Source: Flavobacteriales bacterium
Lineage (GTDB): Bacteria; Bacteroidota; Bacteroidia; Palsa-965
Direction of reading: 5' to 3'
DNA length: 64,000 nucleotides
Assembly (NCBI GenBank): GCA_040377305.1
Contig: JBEIPA010000021.1
Coordinates: 1-64,000 of the forward strand
The notes beneath the pieces are model-generated. The model saw only the letters and a program-made list of their open reading frames with translations, did no database searches and was not told the DNA's origin. Both the position numbers and the translations under genes were made by a program. This document shows positions 58,462-64,000 of the stretch, one piece after another (within the stretch, counting starts at the first letter, position 1; every line of letters begins with the position of its first letter).

Positions 58462-60333
58462 TTACTTTGGTTTCCGTACAACAAGCAACGGCACCTTAAT
58501 GCTATGTCGCACACTGTTGATCGTAGCGCCAAAGAAAAGATCCTTCAGCATTTGATGACCGTGAGCTCCCATCACCACGAAGTCGCATTTTTTGTCTTCT
58601 ACGAATTTCGGGATAGCAAGCTTAGGATTTCCGAAACCAAGTACGATTTCATTGGTGTATCCTTCCTTCCCGAGTCGTTCAGAATATAGTTTCAATGCGG
58701 CATGATCGTATTCCGTTTCCTGATCTCCTGTTTCCTCCTCGAGCACACGTGCAATTGCAGTTTCAGTAATGTGAATCAATACGTACGAAGCATTCTTGCC
58801 TCCCTGTTGAAGTGCTGCTGAAATTGCATCAGAGTCGGTAGGAGAGAAGTCCACACAAACTGCAATACGCTTGTACGATTTACTTGCAGTGAGTTCGAGT
58901 TCGGCAGGTGCTCCGTGCAGTTGTGAGCGCTTGTTGCGTATCCTCCGGAAGAAGGGCGCGAAGGTTACGAATAACAGCAATCCACCAGTGATTACGCAAA
59001 TCGGAATCACAATCAACATAAGAGCTAACGGAGATGAAGATTCATTCACCCATTCTGTGAGCGTGGCAATCACCAGTTTCACATTCAGTGCAACGATGAT
59101 GATGGCACTGATCCAGGCAGGATAAATGAGCCACGGCCCCGCACGGAATTTACCCATGAGCGCTTTGTCGCCAACGAAGTGAATGAGCGGTATGACTGCA
59201 AATCCCAACTGCAGGCTCAATATGACCTGACTAAGTATGAGCAGGGCTTCGGATTTGCTTTCTCCTGCAATGAGAATTACAATCACCGCCGGAACAATTG
59301 CGATAAGTCGCGTTATGAGTCTTCTTATCCACGGTTGTAATCGGATATTGAGATATCCTTCCATTACAATCTGTCCGCTGAGCGTTCCGGTGAGCGTAGA
59401 ACTTTGTCCTGCTGCAATCAATGCTATCGCAAATAGAACCGGTGCGATCGAATATCCGAGTGTCTCTCCTAACAAGGCATGGGCTTCCTGTATGGAATCA
59501 ACTTCCTGATGATTCGTACTGAATGATGCAGCAGCGAGAATCAAAATTGCGGCATTCACGAACAACGCAAGGTTCAACGCAATTGCAGAATCAATTGTAT
59601 TGTATTTAATTGCTTGCCGTATTCCGATTTCTGTTCGTTCTATCTGCCGTGATTGTACCAATGAAGAATGTAAATAGAGATTGTGCGGCATTACGGTTGC
59701 TCCGATGATACCGATAGCGATATACAAAGCATCTGTGTTAGGAATGCTTGGAATAATTCCTTCAGCAATTGCACGGAAATCCGGATTCGCAAAAATCAAT
59801 TCGGCAAGAAACGATAAACCGATTATGCTGATGAGTAGAATAATGAACGCCTCAATTTTCCGGATCCCGAATTTCTGAAGCCAGAGGAGGAGGAAAGTAT
59901 CAAGAACAGTGATCGTAACACCAGCCAGCAGCGGCAATCCGGTGAGCAACTGAAATCCAATGGCCATACCGATTACCTCTGCAAGATCTGTAGCTGCAAT
60001 TGCAATCTCAGCCAGAATCCACAGGAAGAAATTCACTCCTTTCGGATAATGCATTCGCGATGCCTGGGCGAGATCAAGTCCGGCAACAATTCCTAAACGA
60101 GCACTCAGGCTTTGAAGCAACAACGCAATCAGGTTCGACATAACAAGAACCCAGATCAGCGCATAACCAAAGTGGCTACCACCTGCAATATCGGTCGCCC
60201 AGTTTCCCGGATCCATATAACCGATACTCACCAGATATGCGGGCCCAATGAATGCAAGCATCCGCCTCCATCCGGTTTTGTGTTTACCGGTTGGAACTGA
60301 CTGGTTGATTTCCTGCATCGATGTATTACGCAT
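58462..60333 (-). CDS. mntH: Nramp-family Mn2+ transporter fused to a C-terminal universal stress protein domain
   Basis: 'GYMDPGNW' and 'GATVMPHNLYLHS'. USP motifs 'IAVCVDFS' and 'VMGAHGH..LKDLFFGAT'. Confidence 0.94.
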   Translation of the reverse strand: MRNTSMQEINQSVPTGKHKTGWRRMLAFIGPAYLVSIGYMDPGNWATDIAGGSHFGYALIWVLVMSNLIALLLQSLSARLGIVAGLDLAQASRMHYPKGVNFFLWILAEIAIAATDLAEVIGMAIGFQLLTGLPLLAGVTITVLDTFLLLWLQKFGIRKIEAFIILLISIIGLSFLAELIFANPDFRAIAEGIIPSIPNTDALYIAIGIIGATVMPHNLYLHSSLVQSRQIERTEIGIRQAIKYNTIDSAIALNLALFVNAAILILAAASFSTNHQEVDSIQEAHALLGETLGYSIAPVLFAIALIAAGQSSTLTGTLSGQIVMEGYLNIRLQPWIRRLITRLIAIVPAVIVILIAGESKSEALLILSQVILSLQLGFAVIPLIHFVGDKALMGKFRAGPWLIYPAWISAIIIVALNVKLVIATLTEWVNESSSPLALMLIVIPICVITGGLLLFVTFAPFFRRIRNKRSQLHGAPAELELTASKSYKRIAVCVDFSPTDSDAISAALQQGGKNASYVLIHITETAIARVLEEETGDQETEYDHAALKLYSERLGKEGYTNEIVLGFGNPKLAIPKFVEDKKCDFVVMGAHGHQMLKDLFFGATINSVRHSIKVPLLVVRKPK

Positions 60334-60339
60334 ACGTCT

Positions 60340-61026
60340 CTATTTCTTTTTCTCCGATTGGAGTACTTTGGACAGCTTCACTAAGATGTTCTTCGCTGCG
60401 TTTTGCGAAATCGTGATTGCAGCTTTGTTGTTCACTTTGATCTTCAGCGACTGATCGAACTCGATGACCTGTTCGATTGTGATTGCCGAGCCCAAACCAA
60501 TTCCATGCTCATCGAGATATCGAAGAAATATTGCGGAGTGTTCAGATACACCGGTCATGACTACAGCCTGACCTGCTTTCACTAGTGAAAGTGAAACACT
60601 CGCGGCATCAGTAAGCTTTCCTGTTTTGTCGGGAATAGGATCACCATGCGGATCGAACTTCGGGAAATCCAAAAACTTGTCGAGCCTGTCTGTCAGATTC
60701 TCCGAGAAGATATGTTCCAGCTGTTCTGCAATTTCGTGTACTTCATCCCAACGGTAATCGAGTTTTTCCACAAGGAACACTTCCCATAATCTATGTTTGC
60801 GAACGATACTTAAAGCCACTCTGCGCCCCTCAGCAGTCAGTTTAACGCCCTGGTATTTCTGGTACTGAATCAACTTCTTATCAGCAAGTTTCTTCAGCAT
60901 ATCAGTAACAGATGCAGCGCGCGTCTTTACTTCGGCCGCAATGCTGTTGGTGCTCACGTTGGCGATTCCCGCTTCATGAAGCTTCCAGATGGCTTTGAGA
61001 TAGTTCTCTTCGGAATGTGTTGGCAT
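60340..61026 (-). CDS. mntR: DtxR/MntR-family metal-dependent regulator with a FeoA domain
   Basis: 'SEENYLKAI', 'RKHRLWEVFL', 'AEQLEH' and 'DPHGDPIP'. Confidence 0.93.
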   Translation of the reverse strand: MPTHSEENYLKAIWKLHEAGIANVSTNSIAAEVKTRAASVTDMLKKLADKKLIQYQKYQGVKLTAEGRRVALSIVRKHRLWEVFLVEKLDYRWDEVHEIAEQLEHIFSENLTDRLDKFLDFPKFDPHGDPIPDKTGKLTDAASVSLSLVKAGQAVVMTGVSEHSAIFLRYLDEHGIGLGSAITIEQVIEFDQSLKIKVNNKAAITISQNAAKNILVKLSKVLQSEKKK

Positions 61027-61040
61027 AACCGGAATTTGAA

Positions 61041-61072
61041 CAAAGGTAAATAGATTTTAGATATGCCTAAAA
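61041..61072. promoter_or_regulatory. mntR promoter: -7 element plus DtxR-type operator TTTTAG-N6-CTAAAA
   Basis: TACCTTTG on the minus strand (61041-61048) and palindrome TTTTAGATATGCCTAAAA (61055-61072). Confidence 0.75.
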
Positions 61073-61179
61073 AATATTTTAGATGAAATTTGTTCTTCGG
61101 ATTGCATCATTCCGGAGAGCATGAGTCGCATGGCGGTGGAACTTGTCTGGAATCCGGGCGTGTACTCAGGGAAGGGCAC

Positions 61180-61211
61180 AAAAAAAGGGATCAACTCGTG
61201 ATCCCTTTTTT
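61180..61211 (-). terminator. Rho-independent terminator (bidirectional form)
   Basis: AAAAAAAGGGATCA-actcg-TGATCCCTTTTTT. Confidence 0.85.
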
Positions 61212-61228
61212 AATATCGTGTGATTCCC

Positions 61229-63181
61229 TTATCGCTGCAAGTGAACGAAACCTGTTTTTGTAATCGGCTCCATGTCGAGGTGGCAACGTGATGTATACTT
61301 CACTATGTAGTAGTAGACACCTACGTTTCCTTCTTTCTTGTCAATTTTTCCGTCCCAACCATACTTGTGGTCATTCGTATAGAAAATTTCTACGCCCCAA
61401 CGGTCGTACACCCACATCTCGAAGTAACCGATGTACATCAACTCAAAATCGTAAGCTGGCTGTGAAGTACCGCCCGTTTGGAACGCTACTGTTTCATCGT
61501 AGAACGGATAGAAGAAATCGTTTTTGCCATCACCGTTTGGAGTGAAGATGTTCACGAGCGTATCTGCCAGGAACGAATTCACAGGAGGAATATAGGAGAT
61601 GATAATAGAATCTGTTATCGGACATGGTGATGTTCCATATTCGCAGTAGTAAACGTCACCGAGCTGCGGGTTGGATACCAGATACGATTGTGAAGTTGCA
61701 CCCGGGATTGGATTTCCTTGAGCATCCATCCACTGGTAACTTGGTTGTCCCGGGATTCCGAAGAGCGTAATCTCATCATCACCGAAGCAGAACTGCGTGG
61801 TAATCGCAGCAGTATCTAATAGTGGCGGATTAATAAGTGTGACCTGCGCTGTATCCCTACAACCAATGGAATCGATGGTAATAACTTCATAAGTTCCGGC
61901 AGTTAGTCCGGTTGCATTTGGTCCGATCTGCGGAGGGAAAGTGTTCCAGATATAGGTTTCAGGTGGAATACAGTTTGCGCAAGATTGTGCGGCGCTACCA
62001 TTATTCTGACCATAACAAATCGGATCAACACCACTGATTGAAGTCTGAAGAAGTGTAAGGTTGATTACAACGTTCAATACTGTTACGCATGAAGTATCTG
62101 CAATCGCGTGCATTACTACTGAGAACGTATCACCCTGAACAGCGTTAGGAACGAAAAGTGAATCGTTGGTTGCGCCAATAATAGGTGAACCGTTTGGATA
62201 GTACCACTGGTAGTCACCGAATCCTGGAGGACCTACGAGGAATGCTCCTGGCGAACCTGGGCAGAATGTAGCTGATACTGCATCGGCAATACTAGAGCAA
62301 GATGCGTCAACGTATGCCATTGCGTAGTGTCCGCTAAAAATACAACCTGCAGCAAGGAACCGAACTGTAATGCTCTGGTTCACGAACGCAGATAAGTCGA
62401 AAGATACCGTAGTCCAAGGACGGTAATAGATACTACCGCCGCAATTCGTGAAGCCTACGTTATTTACTCCTGCAGAAACATAATACTGCGCACATCCATT
62501 CACCGCATTGCCTAGTGAATCAAATACAGAAATCTGGAAATAGGGTTGTTCAGATGCGGAGTGACCTCCATCGTCAAGTACTACAGCATAACGGTAGGTG
62601 AATTGCGTGTTAGCAGGATCCACAACAAATGTTTGTTCGATAGCTTCTCCCTGATAACCTGCAGTCGTATTTCCAAGACGCGCCGTAAAGGTTCCAAAAC
62701 CAGCAGGGCACACAGAAAATCCTCCGCAAGCATCATTACCACCAGGTGCTGACATAATAGAATGACGCGCCGAAGCATCGTTTTCAGCCGGATTAAGTGC
62801 ACCTGTAGCTATTCCTGGGACGATGTTCTGCAGAGGACCTAGTGAACTAACCGTATTATCACCCACGTAACCGCTCCAACCAGTGAAATCTCCGGTTTCG
62901 AAGCCCATGTTAGTACAAGGAGTCATCGGTACAACCGGGGAAGGATTCCCTAGACGCTCAGTACCATACTTAGATCGTAGGAACCGATCTTCGTTCGCCT
63001 TCATAAACTTCGCAGCTTCCCATTGTGGCAGATTTGCCTGAAATGCGATTGCTGAAATACTGTCTGCATTAAATCCTACAAGAGAATCTGTACGAGACGG
63101 TTGAGTTTGAGTTGTCGTTTGTGCCGATAAAACGGTCACAATGAAACAAGAAGACAGGATTGTCAGTAAAGATTTTTTCAT
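61229..63181 (-). CDS. T9SS type B (gliding-motility-associated CTD) secreted protein with an SprB-like repeat
   Basis: C-terminal 'NIFTPNGDGKND...VYDRWG...WDG...GVYYY...GFVHLQR'; signal peptide; 'GLTAGTY' SprB-like motif. Confidence 0.9.
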   Translation of the reverse strand: MKKSLLTILSSCFIVTVLSAQTTTQTQPSRTDSLVGFNADSISAIAFQANLPQWEAAKFMKANEDRFLRSKYGTERLGNPSPVVPMTPCTNMGFETGDFTGWSGYVGDNTVSSLGPLQNIVPGIATGALNPAENDASARHSIMSAPGGNDACGGFSVCPAGFGTFTARLGNTTAGYQGEAIEQTFVVDPANTQFTYRYAVVLDDGGHSASEQPYFQISVFDSLGNAVNGCAQYYVSAGVNNVGFTNCGGSIYYRPWTTVSFDLSAFVNQSITVRFLAAGCIFSGHYAMAYVDASCSSIADAVSATFCPGSPGAFLVGPPGFGDYQWYYPNGSPIIGATNDSLFVPNAVQGDTFSVVMHAIADTSCVTVLNVVINLTLLQTSISGVDPICYGQNNGSAAQSCANCIPPETYIWNTFPPQIGPNATGLTAGTYEVITIDSIGCRDTAQVTLINPPLLDTAAITTQFCFGDDEITLFGIPGQPSYQWMDAQGNPIPGATSQSYLVSNPQLGDVYYCEYGTSPCPITDSIIISYIPPVNSFLADTLVNIFTPNGDGKNDFFYPFYDETVAFQTGGTSQPAYDFELMYIGYFEMWVYDRWGVEIFYTNDHKYGWDGKIDKKEGNVGVYYYIVKYTSRCHLDMEPITKTGFVHLQR

Positions 63182-63368
63182 ACGAATGTTTAATATGCCT
63201 GAAATGCTAAAGTACTACTATTCCGTCAATTAGCAATTAGAGGCTGTGTTTGCCGTTTGTATAACGATTTGCCGTAATAAAGATACAGATGTAATATTAA
63301 GAGGGCGGATTTTTGCTTACCTTTTTCCTGTCAAATTTACTCAGGTCTTACGCGTTCAAAACCACCGA

Positions 63369-64000
63369 ATGAGACATTTTTTACTCTTTTTCTGTACCTT
63401 ATTTACCATTCAGGGGCTGGCTCAACAGCCTGTATTACCGGCAACAATGGCACCCGGAGAACCTGCGATGATGCAAGGTTATCTGAATAATATTGAACCT
63501 AACGGAATCACAACTCCTCCTGCTTCTCCGGTTCGCACCGCAGCTGAATGGGAAGAAATTCAGGCAATCACCATTACGTGGACTTCCTATACTTCGGTTC
63601 TGCGTCAGATTATTCTTGCGGCGCAGCAAGAGTGTAAAGTATATATCATCTGCAGCGACTCGAACACCGTTAAGAATAACCTGAATGCGAATAGTATTCC
63701 ACTCACAAACGTTTGTTACATCATCGCACCATATAATAGTGTCTGGATTCGTGATTACGGCCAGAACACGGTTTATACAAACGATGTCGACTCTCTCATA
63801 CTGGTAGACTGGATTTACAATCGTCCTCGTCCGCGCGACGACACCGTTCCGCGTAGTGTTGCACGTGCATTCAACATTCCGATTTACGAAACAACACAAT
63901 CACCGAATGACATTGTGCACACGGGAGGCAACTGGATGTCTGACGGATTGGGAACGGCATTTTCATCAGAACTCGTACTCGATGAAAATCAGAATCACAC
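63369..64000 (+). CDS. Exported agmatine deiminase/PPAD-family protein (5' part, truncated by the window)
   Basis: Translated by hand from ATG 63369: signal peptide MRHFLLFFCTLFTIQGLAQ, then 'PVRTAAEWEE', 'SVWIRDYG', 'YNRPRPRDD' and 'HTGGNWMSDG'. Absent from the ORF track because there is no stop in the window. Confidence 0.85.
   Translation, partial: MRHFLLFFCTLFTIQGLAQQPVLPATMAPGEPAMMQGYLNNIEPNGITTPPASPVRTAAEWEEIQAITITWTSYTSVLRQIILAAQQECKVYIICSDSNTVKNNLNANSIPLTNVCYIIAPYNSVWIRDYGQNTVYTNDVDSLILVDWIYNRPRPRDDTVPRSVARAFNIPIYETTQSPNDIVHTGGNWMSDGLGTAFSSELVLDENQNH

Noticed and set aside
604-63899. Numerous 60-190 aa ORFs overlapping the called genes on the opposite strand or in other frames (e.g. 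8889-9377, 25574-26059, 46705-47289, 55543-56061, 63435-63899)
   Set aside because: They are shadows of well-supported genes with no recognisable motifs.

Overview
Bacterial chromosomal window, very probably Bacteroidota: TAnnTTTG -7 promoter elements, several T9SS-sorted proteins and a gliding-motility-type C-terminal domain are present. In order it contains a perfect 8-bp tandem repeat at the left edge, an RND efflux operon, a PaiB-like gene, and a Crp/Fnr-pirin pair flanked by two copies of a ~118-bp element. Next come ferredoxin-korAB, a three-gene hipB/hipS/hipT-like toxin-antitoxin module, and an 11-subunit complex I operon (nuoABCDHIJKLMN, no nuoEFG) with a tightly coupled unknown ORF. 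These are followed by T9SS cargo genes, an arsenic operon (arsR, an unannotated 28-aa Cys-rich micro-ORF, a DUF6428-like gene, arsC, an aquaporin) and a REPIN-like hairpin. A four-gene phosphorelay has a first kinase whose only input region is 14 tandem 21-aa coiled-coil repeats. The rest is GH2-cutC, a SET-domain gene, GH20, a C1 peptidase, WG-repeat and rhomboid genes, mntR-mntH and a truncated secreted agmatine-deiminase-family gene. No rRNA, tRNA, CRISPR array, transposase or integrase was recognised. The best leads are the Cys-rich micropeptide in the ars operon, the sensor-less repeat kinase, the Kor/ferredoxin plus N-module-less complex I cluster with its extra ORF, and a set of short-period, often inverted, repeat arrays in operon spacers. 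Family assignments come from motif recognition by eye; no database searches were run.
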